From NCBI RefSeq assembly GCF_036401095.1, contig NZ_DASWWA010000027.1, positions 25,091-89,090 of the forward strand: a stretch of DNA of 64,000 nucleotides, given 5' to 3'. This DNA comes from Methylotenera sp. GTDB taxonomy: Bacteria; Pseudomonadota; Gammaproteobacteria; Burkholderiales; Methylophilaceae. Shown here one piece after another: positions 49,412 through 59,625 of the stretch. The position numbers were made by a program, and so were the translations under genes. The notes below the pieces were generated by a model. The model had not been told where the DNA came from and ran no database searches. It was given only the letters and a program-made list of their open reading frames with translations. Numbering within the stretch: position 1 is the first letter of the stretch; every line of letters begins with the position of its first letter.

Positions 49412-51040
49412 ATGATGTCATGGTTTAGCCCACAACAATTACGTACGTGTTTTGCTTGCCTAGCTTCTTATGCGGGCTTGTTGCTCAGTCTTTTTCTTTT
49501 TGTGATTGAGCCAGCTAATGCAAGCCCTGAACTGACTCCTAGTTTGATTGAAGGGCATTGGTATGCTGTGCACCAGCCTGCGATGCCGATTAAATCGCTG
49601 CCATTAACTGGCGGTGATTTTGTATTTAACGGCACTTTGCATATCGCTACCACCGGCGACTACGTGATTGATTTCAAAAACACCAGTACGTTTGCGATGT
49701 TTAGACATAAGGTACTGGATAGCCGCAATGTAGTGGTTGCTGAGTTAGAGGGTGGGATTAGCAGCACGGAAAGTAACCCCTTTACTTTAAGGCATGCACG
49801 GCTTTTGTATTTGGAAGCAGGGAACTACACCTTGGTGACCTCGCTTAAAACTCCCTACCTGATTGCTCAGCCTCAGCCATATTTAGACTCAAAAGCACAC
49901 TACCAGCAGGCCATTAAGTTTGGTAACTTTATCTCGCTACTTTGTTTGGGCGTGCTCGCTGGGTTAATGGCGTATTACGTTGTGCTGGGTCTAATTAGAG
50001 GACAAATGGTGCATGGCATGTATGCGCTGTTTATCTTGGGCAACCTCTTTTTACAGGGAACATCGCTGCTGGTGTTCTCAGACACGTTTGGTATCCATTA
50101 CTTTTACCTGAGTGCGCTGCCCATTCTGTTTTCAAATATCGCATATGTTTTCTTTGTTAAAGGCTTGCTGAACATTCGCCAGCAATACAACCCTAAGCTA
50201 TATCGCTGGATTCAATATGCAGTAGCGATATTGGTGCTATTTGCAGTGTGGGGTATTTACTCTCCTCACTGGATGATGGAGATGGCACGTTATGGCGTTG
50301 GTGTTTTTCTGTGCCTTGGCTTGGCATGTGGCATCTACCTGAGCAGTAAAAAGAACATGACCGCGCGTTATTACTTGATTGCGATTCTGACCTTTTTTGT
50401 TTTAGGTGGCTTAACGATTACTGCCCAGAACTTCACCGGCTATACGCTATATGTGGAGCATTTGGGTTTGGTGGCGGTAACGGTAGAGGCGCTGTTGCTG
50501 TCGTTTGTACTTAGCTACCAATTTAGCGAGTTATTTAAAGAAAAAGAACAGGTGCTAACAGCGCTTGGCATCAGTGAGGCCAGAGTTAAAACAGATAAAT
50601 TAACTGGTTTACCTAATCGTATGGCACTGGAAGCCACTATTCAGGAGCTACCTAAGAGCGGCAGTATTACCATACTGGATTTAGATCGCCTCAAATACTA
50701 TAACGATAATTTTGGGCACGCCTACGGCGATAAATTGCTGTGTGATTTTAGCCGTTTTCTACAGGCCAAATTAGAAGGTGTGGCGACGCTGCATCGTTTA
50801 GGTGGTGATGAGTTTGCAATTACTGCACATAATGCAGACGAGGCGTTGATTCAAACTCTACTGGATGAAACCGTGGCACATCTGCGTGCCAATGGTTTTG
50901 AATTGGTGGGTGTGAGTGCAGGTACGGCATTTATCTATGAAGAGATGGATAACTGCGGCGTGGTGATGCACATAGCTGACTTGCGTATGTATGAGAACAA
51001 GCGCGCCCATAAGCGCGCGCAGAATGAGCAGTTTTATTAG
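49412..51040 (+). CDS. Membrane-bound diguanylate cyclase (7TM-DISM-like sensor + GGDEF)
   Basis: Periplasmic N-terminal region, about 7 TM helices, TD.LTGLPNR, DLD..K..ND.FGH..GD, RLGGDEF and ADLRMY..K. Confidence 0.88.
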   Translation: MMSWFSPQQLRTCFACLASYAGLLLSLFLFVIEPANASPELTPSLIEGHWYAVHQPAMPIKSLPLTGGDFVFNGTLHIATTGDYVIDFKNTSTFAMFRHKVLDSRNVVVAELEGGISSTESNPFTLRHARLLYLEAGNYTLVTSLKTPYLIAQPQPYLDSKAHYQQAIKFGNFISLLCLGVLAGLMAYYVVLGLIRGQMVHGMYALFILGNLFLQGTSLLVFSDTFGIHYFYLSALPILFSNIAYVFFVKGLLNIRQQYNPKLYRWIQYAVAILVLFAVWGIYSPHWMMEMARYGVGVFLCLGLACGIYLSSKKNMTARYYLIAILTFFVLGGLTITAQNFTGYTLYVEHLGLVAVTVEALLLSFVLSYQFSELFKEKEQVLTALGISEARVKTDKLTGLPNRMALEATIQELPKSGSITILDLDRLKYYNDNFGHAYGDKLLCDFSRFLQAKLEGVATLHRLGGDEFAITAHNADEALIQTLLDETVAHLRANGFELVGVSAGTAFIYEEMDNCGVVMHIADLRMYENKRAHKRAQNEQFY

Positions 51041-51235
51041 CGGAGCTTTAGGCAATACAGAGTAAATAGCTACGCGGCTGAATTACTTTGTTGTGCGGTA
51101 CTCGCAACCTCACTGTATGGCACATGCAGTCTCAGATTCTCCGTCCTGTGCGCCTTTGTGTGTGAATAATGCACGTTGCGCATATATTACAGGGACATGC
51201 ACATGCACTTAGCGGGTGCACTGCATCCCTCTTGC

Positions 51236-53161
51236 TCACTTAGTCTGTATGCCCCTAGGGAAAAAACTCACTGGTTGCGGCTCTGGTATTTGCAAAATAT
51301 TTTTGCGGATTTTACCCATCACATGCATCTCGCATGGCTTGCAATCAAATTTCAGCGTGTAGCGGTCATTGCCGTTAATCAGTGTCATCGGTTCTGCGGT
51401 GACTGTGCCTTGTACACCAATCACGCCTTTAGCCTCTTTAGGGCATAGGCCGTGGCTAAAGCGCAGGCAGTGCTTGGTAATCATCAGCGGTACTTCATCC
51501 AGCTCTTTGTTAGCTTCATACGCCGCTGCAATCATTTTCACGCCATGTTTCTCGTAAAACTGACGTGCTTTTTTGTTGTACACATTGGCGAGGTAGCTCA
51601 ATGTATCTTCAGGGAAAATCGCTGGCGGTTGCGCTGCCTCACGGCGTGGCGGGCGCTGGTAACCTAAGTCACGGGTTTGCTGCAATTGCTCGATAGCGTC
51701 ACGGCGTAAGTTGTTAATAATTGAGGCCGGGATAAACCAGGTTTGCGTAGTGCTGATTTCAATGCCTTGCGTGCTGAAGTCGCTACCACCCAGTTTACTT
51801 AGGTTCTCACGTAGGCTAGTTTCTGCTTTTTCCAGGTTTTGCGCGCTTTGCTTTTCTGCCTCACAGGTGGCGGTGGCGCTAAAGCCATTTTCATCGGTAA
51901 CGGTTAAGGCAAAGCCATTGGCAGTTTCGTAAAAGTTCATAGTCACTGCAATTTTGCGCTGTGCGGAATCTTTTTCCAGCAGGCGCATAAAGGCGTGGTC
52001 GCGATTACGATAAATGGTCATATTGCGCGTTATGCCAGTTGGCATTTCGTTAGGATAGAGTCTTTTGCCCTCTACCGTGTTAACACGCAGGCCCACCAGC
52101 TCTTTATGTACGTCAAAGAAGCATACGCCGTCGCCGTTATGTAGCTCGATATTGGTTTCTACTTCAAAGTAATCTTTGCCCACTTTGGTGACTTTACCCA
52201 GCGCCTCACCAGAAAACTTAGGCGTATCAAACGCGCCGATGTCGGCTTGACGCCCGTTTACAAAGTAATCGGTAGCACTGCGGTTAAAGGTTTTTTCCGG
52301 CTGTGGTGTGAATGTGTAGGTGGCGTGGCCTGACGATGATTTTGCCAGCTCGGGCCTGTAGGTCAGGATTTCATCAATCAACTCACGGTAATGCGCGGTG
52401 GCATTTTTTACATAAGGTAAGTCTTTGTAACGCCCTTCAATTTTGAATGAACTAACACCGGCTTCAATTAAAGCACGTAAGTTAGCGCTTTGGTCGTTAT
52501 CTTTCATGGATAAAAAGTGCTTATCCTTACCGATAATACGGCCTTTTTGGTCCTCTAGCGTAAAGGGCAGGCGGCACTCTTGTGAGCACTCGCCGCGGTT
52601 GGCGCTGCGGCCAGTGTGCGCATGGCTGATAAAGCATTGGCCGCTAAACGCTACGCATAACGCACCATGAATAAAAAATTCCAAGTTGCATGAAGTTGCG
52701 TCAGCAATCTGCTTGATCCTTTTTAAATCCAGTTCGCGCGCTAATACAATTTGTGAAAAGCCAACCTGGTCTAAAAATACCGCTTTCTCTACGGTGCGGA
52801 TATCAGTCTGTGTGCTGGCATGCAACTGTATCGGCGGTAAATCCATTTCCAACAACCCCATGTCCTGCACGATAAGCGCGTCTACTTCAGCATCGTAAAG
52901 TTGGTGCACCAACTCACGTGCGCTTTCTAACTCGTTATCATGGAAAATAGTGTTGAGTGCCACATACACCTCTGCGTGGTAGCGGTGTGCGTGTTTCACC
53001 AAGCGTGTAATGTCTGCAATGGTGTTAGGTGCTTTTGCGCGCGCACCAAAGGCTGGGCCGCCGATATATACCGCGTCTGCGCCATGATTAATGGCCTCAA
53101 TGCCGAAGTCAGCATTTTTTGCAGGAGCGAGTAGTTCTAAATGGCGGCGAGTTTTTTGCAT
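51236..53161 (-). CDS. U32-family protein (RlhA-like rRNA hydroxylation) with DUF3656
   Basis: LELLAPA, GADAVYIG, LHASTQ, HGALCVAFSGQC...NRGECSQ.CR and FKIEGR motifs. Confidence 0.88.
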   Translation of the reverse strand: MQKTRRHLELLAPAKNADFGIEAINHGADAVYIGGPAFGARAKAPNTIADITRLVKHAHRYHAEVYVALNTIFHDNELESARELVHQLYDAEVDALIVQDMGLLEMDLPPIQLHASTQTDIRTVEKAVFLDQVGFSQIVLARELDLKRIKQIADATSCNLEFFIHGALCVAFSGQCFISHAHTGRSANRGECSQECRLPFTLEDQKGRIIGKDKHFLSMKDNDQSANLRALIEAGVSSFKIEGRYKDLPYVKNATAHYRELIDEILTYRPELAKSSSGHATYTFTPQPEKTFNRSATDYFVNGRQADIGAFDTPKFSGEALGKVTKVGKDYFEVETNIELHNGDGVCFFDVHKELVGLRVNTVEGKRLYPNEMPTGITRNMTIYRNRDHAFMRLLEKDSAQRKIAVTMNFYETANGFALTVTDENGFSATATCEAEKQSAQNLEKAETSLRENLSKLGGSDFSTQGIEISTTQTWFIPASIINNLRRDAIEQLQQTRDLGYQRPPRREAAQPPAIFPEDTLSYLANVYNKKARQFYEKHGVKMIAAAYEANKELDEVPLMITKHCLRFSHGLCPKEAKGVIGVQGTVTAEPMTLINGNDRYTLKFDCKPCEMHVMGKIRKNILQIPEPQPVSFFPRGIQTK

Positions 53162-53276
53162 GGGACTTAATTTGCTTAGGTGATCAAGGTTGAATTTTAG
53201 ACTAAACAACAGCTTATGACGACATTTGATTTTTGTTCAGATGAAAAACCTCACACAATTATCGTACAATTCAGCC

Positions 53277-54602
53277 ATGAGTAATCAAGATCTATTAAAT
53301 CGCAGTATGCAGTCTGTATGGCACCCGTGCACACAGATGAAGCAACATGAGTCTTTTCCATTAACGCCGATACAACGCGGGGAAGGGGTCTGGCTATATG
53401 ATACGGACGGCAAAAAATATTTAGATACGGTCAGCTCCTGGTGGGTAAACCTGTTTGGGCATAATAACCCACGCATCAAAGATGCCATTAAGCAGCAGTT
53501 AGATACTTTAGAGCATGTGATGCTGGCAGGCTTTACCCATGAGCCGGTAGTGGCGCTGTCTGAGCAGTTAGCAGCGCTTACCGGGCTTGGTCATGCGTTT
53601 TATGCCAGCGACGGTGCCAGCGCCACTGAGATTGCGCTCAAAATGAGCTTTCATTATTGGCGTAATGTTGGCCTACCCAATAAAACCAAGTTTATTAGCT
53701 TGCAGAATAGTTACCACGGCGAGACCTTAGGCGCTCTGGGCGTGACTGATGTGGCCATTTTTAAAGATACCTATGCACCGCTATTAATGCAGTCTGCACA
53801 AATGCCTAGCCCTGATTTTAGGCTGGCAGAAGCGGGTGAGAGCGCTGCAGATTATGCCTTACGTTGTGCTGCACAATTAGAGCAGTATGTGGCGCAGCAT
53901 CATGCAGAGCTGGCCGCTTTTATTATTGAGCCCTTGGTGCAATGTGCTGCTGGTATGGCGATGTATCACCCCGTTTATCTGACAAAAGCGCGTGAGATAT
54001 GTAGCAAGTACCAAGTGCATCTAATTGCTGATGAAATCGCGGTTGGGTTTGGGCGCACCGGCACCATGTTTGCAACTGAGCAGGGCGCCAGTGGAGAAGG
54101 TAAGGTCAGTGATATTGCAGATTTTGTCTGTTTGTCTAAAGGGATTACCGGTGGTTACTTGCCATTGTCTGCGGTGCTTACCACCGATGATATCTATCAG
54201 GCATTTTATGACCCAAGCACCGTACGTGGTTTTTTACATAGTCATAGTTATACCGGTAATCCATTAGCATGCAGTGCTGCATTGGCTACACTGGCTATCT
54301 TTAAAGCAGACCAAGTGGTGAAAAATAATTTGGCTCTTTCTGAGGTAGTAGTGCGTGAAATGCAAGTACTTACTGACTTGCCTATTCAGCATCTACGACA
54401 TCAAGGCATGATATTTGCGTTTGATGTGGTTACCGATAATCAGCAGTTTTCTAAGCATTGCTACCAGCTGGCAATGCAGCATGGCTTGCTGTTGCGTCCG
54501 ATAGGCAACACGGTGTATTACATGCCGCCATATACAATCGATGCAGATGAAATTGCTTTTATGGTGCAAAACACGCATCAGGTGATTAAGCAGATACTAT
54601 GA
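53277..54602 (+). CDS. bioA: Adenosylmethionine-8-amino-7-oxononanoate aminotransferase
   Basis: VWHPCTQMK, SSWWVN.FGH, SYHGET.GAL, ADEIAVGFGRTG, SKGITGGYLPL and HSHSYTGNP motifs. Confidence 0.95.
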   Translation: MSNQDLLNRSMQSVWHPCTQMKQHESFPLTPIQRGEGVWLYDTDGKKYLDTVSSWWVNLFGHNNPRIKDAIKQQLDTLEHVMLAGFTHEPVVALSEQLAALTGLGHAFYASDGASATEIALKMSFHYWRNVGLPNKTKFISLQNSYHGETLGALGVTDVAIFKDTYAPLLMQSAQMPSPDFRLAEAGESAADYALRCAAQLEQYVAQHHAELAAFIIEPLVQCAAGMAMYHPVYLTKAREICSKYQVHLIADEIAVGFGRTGTMFATEQGASGEGKVSDIADFVCLSKGITGGYLPLSAVLTTDDIYQAFYDPSTVRGFLHSHSYTGNPLACSAALATLAIFKADQVVKNNLALSEVVVREMQVLTDLPIQHLRHQGMIFAFDVVTDNQQFSKHCYQLAMQHGLLLRPIGNTVYYMPPYTIDADEIAFMVQNTHQVIKQIL

Positions 54603-56002
54603 AAAAACTCGCATTATTGGTTAGCCTGATGTTGCTCTGCGCGCCAGTGCAGGCTGAGTTGCCTAAAACTGTTGCAACGGAGCTGGTGCAAGCAGATGTG
54701 CCGCTAAGTGGTGTGTCTATCTACGTCCAGGCGGTGGATAAACAGGCGCCAAGCCTAAGCCATAACGCAGACAAAGGTATGAACCCTGCGTCTGTGATGA
54801 AAATGGTGACAACCAACGCCGCATTGGACTTGCTCACACCAGCTTACCGCTGGAAAACCGAGCTCTACCACGACGGCCAAATCAAAGACGGTGTATTGAA
54901 TGGCAACTTAATCATTAAAGGCTATGGCGACCCTAGTTTTAAAGTGCAGGATTTTTGGCGCTTATTGATGAGCTTAAAGCAGGCTGGGGTTAAAAAAATC
55001 AACGGTGATTTACTGATTGATAAAAGCTACTTTGCCAATGATATTGATAATGGCATTAGTTTTGATGATGAAAAATGGCGTGCTTACAATGCAAAACCCA
55101 GCGCATTTTCTGTGAATGGCCGCAGTACCAGCTTCCGCTTTTTTGCTGGTGATAATGGAATCAGCGTGAATCAGGAGTTTGAATTGCCAGAGGTAACGAT
55201 AGTCAATAACATGAAGCTGGTTGATGGGGATTGTGGCAACTGGCGCGGCAGAATGAGCTACGACATTCAGACCAATGAGCCAAAAGCTGTGGTGAGCTTT
55301 AAGGGCACTTATGCAGCTGACTGCGGCGAACGTTACTTAGAGCTAAGTTTGTTTGATGACGCGCAATATGCCTATTTTACGTTTAAAAAATTATGGCGAG
55401 AGTTGGGCGGTACGTTTGATGGTAAGTTGCAGTTACAGTCAGTGCCTAGTACTGCCATAAAATTGCTTGAACAAGTATCTGAGCCTTTAGGCAGTAACGT
55501 GCGCGATATTAATAAATGGAGCAACAACCTGATGGCGCGGCAGCTATTGCTTACATTAGGGGCAGAAAAATCGGGTGCGCCAGCGACCATGCAAAAAGGC
55601 GCTGCCGCTATCAACAATTGGCTGGCTATGAACGGATTTAATTTTAAAGAGTTAGTGATTGAGAATGGCTCTGGTTTGTCGCGCGTGGAGCGCATCAGTG
55701 CCGAACACTTGGGTAAAATGTTAGTACGCACTTACTTAAGCCCGGTGATGCCAGAATACATGGCATCTATGCCGATATTGTCGTTAGATGGTACGGTGAA
55801 GCATCGCTTGCAAGATAGTGCCGTGAACGGTAGAGCGCATCTTAAAACTGGCTCTATCAACGGGGTGAGTAGTATTGCCGGCTATGTTTTGAGCGCTAGC
55901 GGGCATCGTTACGTGATGGTGATGCTGGTTAATCATCCTAATGCGGGCGCCAGTAGAGATGCGCAGGATGCGTTAGTGGAGTGGGTGTACCGCCTGCCTT
56001 GA
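54599..56002 (+). CDS. dacB: D-Ala-D-Ala carboxypeptidase/endopeptidase PBP4
   Basis: PASVMK (SxxK), SNN (SxN), KTG and ENGSGLSR motifs. Confidence 0.93.
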   Translation: MKKLALLVSLMLLCAPVQAELPKTVATELVQADVPLSGVSIYVQAVDKQAPSLSHNADKGMNPASVMKMVTTNAALDLLTPAYRWKTELYHDGQIKDGVLNGNLIIKGYGDPSFKVQDFWRLLMSLKQAGVKKINGDLLIDKSYFANDIDNGISFDDEKWRAYNAKPSAFSVNGRSTSFRFFAGDNGISVNQEFELPEVTIVNNMKLVDGDCGNWRGRMSYDIQTNEPKAVVSFKGTYAADCGERYLELSLFDDAQYAYFTFKKLWRELGGTFDGKLQLQSVPSTAIKLLEQVSEPLGSNVRDINKWSNNLMARQLLLTLGAEKSGAPATMQKGAAAINNWLAMNGFNFKELVIENGSGLSRVERISAEHLGKMLVRTYLSPVMPEYMASMPILSLDGTVKHRLQDSAVNGRAHLKTGSINGVSSIAGYVLSASGHRYVMVMLVNHPNAGASRDAQDALVEWVYRLP

Positions 56003-56079
56003 GTTAACGGTAATGCTGATTTTAAAGTATGATTACAGATTAAATCCCTTTATTTAGATAGAACGCTACAGGACACACA

Positions 56080-56553
56080 ATGAAATTATTAGGATCATTA
56101 CTCGCGGTTGTTTGCTTGTTAAGCTTAGGTGCATGTCAAGCCGAGTCAAATAAATCAACATCAGATAAGTCAACAGTTAAGGAAGCAAAAGCGATGTCAG
56201 AACAAGTTAAAGAGTTACAAAAGATTGATACTTTAGTGGGTGAAGGGCGCGAAGCTGAGCCTGGTTTTAATGTAACCGTGCATTACACTGGCTGGCTGTA
56301 TGACCCATCTGCTAAAGATGGTAAAGGTAAAAAGTTTGATAGCAGCTTAGACCGCAAGCAGCCTTTCGTATTCTTCTTGGGCGCTGGCCAAGTGATTCAG
56401 GGTTGGGATGAAGGTTTTGCTGGCATGAAAATCGGCGGTAAACGTACACTGATTATCCCATCAGAAATGGGCTACGGTGCGCGTGGCGCAGGTGGCGCTA
56501 TTCCACCAAATGCTGATCTGATTTTTGATGTGGAATTATTAGGCGTTAAATAA
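56080..56553 (+). CDS. FKBP-type peptidyl-prolyl isomerase (lipoprotein)
   Basis: Lipobox [20 protein letters not shown] and VIQGWDEG motifs. Confidence 0.92.
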   Translation: MKLLGSLLAVVCLLSLGACQAESNKSTSDKSTVKEAKAMSEQVKELQKIDTLVGEGREAEPGFNVTVHYTGWLYDPSAKDGKGKKFDSSLDRKQPFVFFLGAGQVIQGWDEGFAGMKIGGKRTLIIPSEMGYGARGAGGAIPPNADLIFDVELLGVK

Positions 56554-56662
56554 TTCATCAGCAGTTTATTGACCATGACTGGCTATGATAGCGTTTGTAT
56601 TCAGCGCTATCAGTTTGTTACAACTGGTTATTGATTAGACCTAACGGTACGAGAGATGGAAC

Positions 56663-57091
56663 ATGAAAGTAAGTATAAAGTGGATTGACGGTGTAAGTTT
56701 TGTCGGCGAGTCTGAGACTGGCCACGCTGTTGTGTTGGATGGCGCACCTGAAAACGGCGGCCGTAATATTGGTATGCGCCCGATGGAAATGCTGTTAATC
56801 GGCATGGGTGCTTGCACTTCATTCGATGTGGTGGCAATTTTGAAAAAAGCGCGCCAGCCTATTTTTGATTGTGTTGCCGAGATTGACGCAATCCGTGCAG
56901 ATGAGATTCCAAAGGTATTTACCAAGATTCATGTGCATTTTGTGATTACTGGCGACAATTTAAACCCAGCACAGGTGGAGCGTGCGGTTAAACTGTCTGC
57001 GGAGAAATATTGTTCAGCTTCTATTATGCTGAGCAAAAGTGTAGAAATCACACATGACTTTGAAATAAAACCATTGGCTGTACAAGCCTAA
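56663..57091 (+). CDS. OsmC-family protein (YhfA-like)
   Basis: RPMEMLL.GMGACT..DV and AV.LSAEKYCSAS motifs. Confidence 0.9.
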   Translation: MKVSIKWIDGVSFVGESETGHAVVLDGAPENGGRNIGMRPMEMLLIGMGACTSFDVVAILKKARQPIFDCVAEIDAIRADEIPKVFTKIHVHFVITGDNLNPAQVERAVKLSAEKYCSASIMLSKSVEITHDFEIKPLAVQA

Positions 57092-57149
57092 GGTTAAGTA
57101 ATTGCTTGGTTTCTGCTGTGCAGAAGTTAGTCCTAGTAATTACTGCAAT

Positions 57150-57181
57150 AAAAAAGGGGATGAGCAATCATCCCCTTTTTT
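57150..57181. terminator. Bidirectional rho-independent terminator
   Basis: AAAAAAGGGGATGA-GCAA-TCATCCCCTTTTTT between convergent genes. Confidence 0.9.
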
Positions 57182-57255
57182 ATCTTTGTAAGTACTCAAT
57201 CACCTGAGCCTCTAAGCAAGCAGTTCGTCCGTTATCTGGATAAACGGGTATCAGT

Positions 57256-57573
57256 TTATGCTTCAATCACTTTTACCGTGAGCGGTTGTTCATCTTCTAA
57301 AATATTCAGTAATCGGTCTACGTTCGGGTGCTTGCCTGGGCAGTTTTCAGCATCTTCAGTATGCTCTGCATATAAGCTTAAACCTTCAACCGCTGCATCT
57401 AAAGAGATTTCACCATACATGCGCGCTAAGTGACTGTAAACCTTGATTGAGCCTTGGCTGCCAGGTTTATTCTCAATCACCCCCGCTGGGCTGCCGTCTT
57501 TATTGTAAAGCTCGATACGTTCGACATTGGAAGCGTCATCGAGAGTTTGTAGTACGTCACTGAATTTTTGCAT
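57256..57573 (-). CDS. DUF2322-family protein
   Basis: IENKPG..GS..VY and YAEHT.DA...PGKHPNVDRL motifs. Confidence 0.85.
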   Translation of the reverse strand: MQKFSDVLQTLDDASNVERIELYNKDGSPAGVIENKPGSQGSIKVYSHLARMYGEISLDAAVEGLSLYAEHTEDAENCPGKHPNVDRLLNILEDEQPLTVKVIEA

Positions 57574-57593
57574 GGTATTGCCTTAAAAAATAA

Positions 57594-58229
57594 TTAGATA
57601 TGATAGGTAGTGCTAGTCATTAGTTGCGACATTTTTGTCATGCAGAACTTAATCGGCGCAGGTAGTTGGGCTGCGCCTTGTATGCTTGCATCATTTGCGT
57701 GTTTGGCTTCATCAATTTGCATTTGCTCAATGATACGGCGTGACTTTTCATCTGTGGCTGGCAGCTGGTCAAGATGGCTGGCTAAGTGTGCGCCTACCTG
57801 CTTTTCGGTTTCTTCCAAAAAGCCTAGGCTCCAATTGTCGCCTAAGGCACCTGCTACTGCGCCAATTGCAAATGAGCCTGCATAGAATAATGGATTAAGT
57901 ACGCTAGTGTGCCCACCTAATGCTTCAATGCGTGATTCGCACCATGCCAAATGCTCGGTTTCTTCTCGTGCGGCTTGTTGCATGCTGATGCTGGTCGCCG
58001 CGCTTTGTGCGGTAAGTGCCTGCCCACTGTAGAGTGCCTGTGCACAGACCTCACCAGTATGGTTGACACGCATTAGCGCGCTTACATGTTTTTTCTGCTG
58101 GTTATCCATTGGCGACTCATCAATGGCCGCATCCGGATGTTGACGTTCGCTATGTGGTTTTGCAAACAGGGTGCGCAACCCGGTGTCAAACGCACAAATT
58201 AATTTGTCTGTCGTGATTAATCTGTTCAT
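57594..58229 (-). CDS. coq7: Demethoxyubiquinone hydroxylase Coq7
   Basis: LMRVNHTGEVCAQALY.GQ, EE.EHL.WC, ETE.QV..HL and DEA.H di-iron ligands. Confidence 0.93.
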   Translation of the reverse strand: MNRLITTDKLICAFDTGLRTLFAKPHSERQHPDAAIDESPMDNQQKKHVSALMRVNHTGEVCAQALYSGQALTAQSAATSISMQQAAREETEHLAWCESRIEALGGHTSVLNPLFYAGSFAIGAVAGALGDNWSLGFLEETEKQVGAHLASHLDQLPATDEKSRRIIEQMQIDEAKHANDASIQGAAQLPAPIKFCMTKMSQLMTSTTYHI

Positions 58230-58336
58230 GAAAGTTATTCTACGCTTAATTGTCTTGGCTAAGCTAGTATCCCGTCGTTTGTTTTGTGTGCCAATACGAT
58301 TATGCTGCTGGTATCGGTTTTAGCAAGCTTGCTGGT

Positions 58337-59512
58337 TTATGCCCTAAACCCCATTTGCTTTGCAATAACTTGTACAGGGTGCAGTACATCAATGTCCATG
58401 CCTTCGTTCTCTAATCCCTTAGCGATATGGATGCTACAGCCAATATTAGAGGTGGCCAGTATTGATACCTGATTGGACTGTATAGCGGCAAGTTTATCAT
58501 TGCGTAGCGTGTTTGCCATCTCTGGCTGCGTAATAGTGTAAGCGCCAGCGCCACCACAGCATTGACCGTTGCCCGGCAGTGCTTGTATATCGGTAGTCGG
58601 AATTTTTTTAAGCAAGTCATACACCGCTTTTTGTGCTTTGAGTCCATTGCGTAGTGAACAAGGGTCCTGCACGAAAATGCGTTGTTGTAGCGGTGCAACC
58701 TCTGCTGCAGACCAGTCGCAATTGATTAAAAAGGTACTGATGTCCTGTACTTGATGCGTGGTAAGGTAGTCCTGCAGGACTGCGCCGCAACCGCTTGCCG
58801 TGGAGAGTATGGGCATGCTGCGGTCAAAGCTCGCGCCATTTCTTGCAACTAGGGTGTCTGCTTCAGTGGCGTCACCGGCTTGGCGAGCAATACTGCCGCA
58901 GCATGTTTGCGCAGTGGGTACGTGTACATCGTAGCCCAGTGCGTTTAATACATAAACGCTGGCGCTTAATGTTTGGTTATCAAAAGCGTTGGTGGCGCAT
59001 CCTAAAAATAAACTCACAGCACCGCGCTTGGGTATGGTCGCTGGGTACAAGGCCTTCCATACAATAGGCTTGGGGATGGTCGGCAAAAGTTTCGCAGCAG
59101 GTACGATGCGCTTTAACGCGCCAAGCAATTTGGCTTTAGATAGTAGCCAAAGCGGCCATGTGGCTAGGTAGCTTAATGTACGGTAACGGATAAATGGTTT
59201 GGCCAAGCTTAAGCCAAGACTTTTTTTCTTGATGTAAAGTGCACGTGTTGTATCCACCAGTGCGCCATAGCTCACGCTGTTCGGGCATGCCGACTCACAA
59301 CTGCGGCAGCTTAGGCACAGGTCAATATGCTCTTTGAAGCGTGCGCTGTTCGGCAGGATATCTTGCGATACGGCTCGGATAAGCTGGATGCGTCCACGTG
59401 GAGAGTCTGCCTCAGAGCCCGTCTTTCTGTAGGTAGGGCAATGCGGTAAGCACAGGCCGCATGCAACGCAGCGGTCAGCTTCAGCAGTGAGTTCTTTAAG
59501 TGATAACGTCAT
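58337..59512 (-). CDS. GlcF-like Fe-S oxidoreductase (2x[4Fe-4S] + CCG domains)
   Basis: CVACGLCLPHCPTY, SPRGRI, CLSCRSCESACP, TCCG, QCCGGAG and TSNIGC motifs. Confidence 0.85.
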   Translation of the reverse strand: MTLSLKELTAEADRCVACGLCLPHCPTYRKTGSEADSPRGRIQLIRAVSQDILPNSARFKEHIDLCLSCRSCESACPNSVSYGALVDTTRALYIKKKSLGLSLAKPFIRYRTLSYLATWPLWLLSKAKLLGALKRIVPAAKLLPTIPKPIVWKALYPATIPKRGAVSLFLGCATNAFDNQTLSASVYVLNALGYDVHVPTAQTCCGSIARQAGDATEADTLVARNGASFDRSMPILSTASGCGAVLQDYLTTHQVQDISTFLINCDWSAAEVAPLQQRIFVQDPCSLRNGLKAQKAVYDLLKKIPTTDIQALPGNGQCCGGAGAYTITQPEMANTLRNDKLAAIQSNQVSILATSNIGCSIHIAKGLENEGMDIDVLHPVQVIAKQMGFRA

Positions 59513-59578
59513 GGTGACATTATAATCGTTTTCAATCTCAACACTTATTAAACAATGTTAAGTCATGGTGGCAGACGT

Positions 59579-59610
59579 AAAAAAACCGCCTTAACTATGG
59601 CGGTTTAGTT
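59579..59610 (-). terminator. Rho-independent terminator of ctpA
   Basis: Minus strand AAACCGCCA-TAGTTAA-GGCGGTTTTTTT. Confidence 0.75.
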
Positions 59611-59625
59611 TGCTACGGCAATACC

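Noticed and set aside
57154-57177. 10-nt match (TCATCCCCTT / AAGGGGATGA) between this terminator and the last loop of the candidate sRNA
   Set aside because: The match is locked inside a terminator stem, and a 10-mer match in 64 kb is weak evidence, so it is treated as coincidence.
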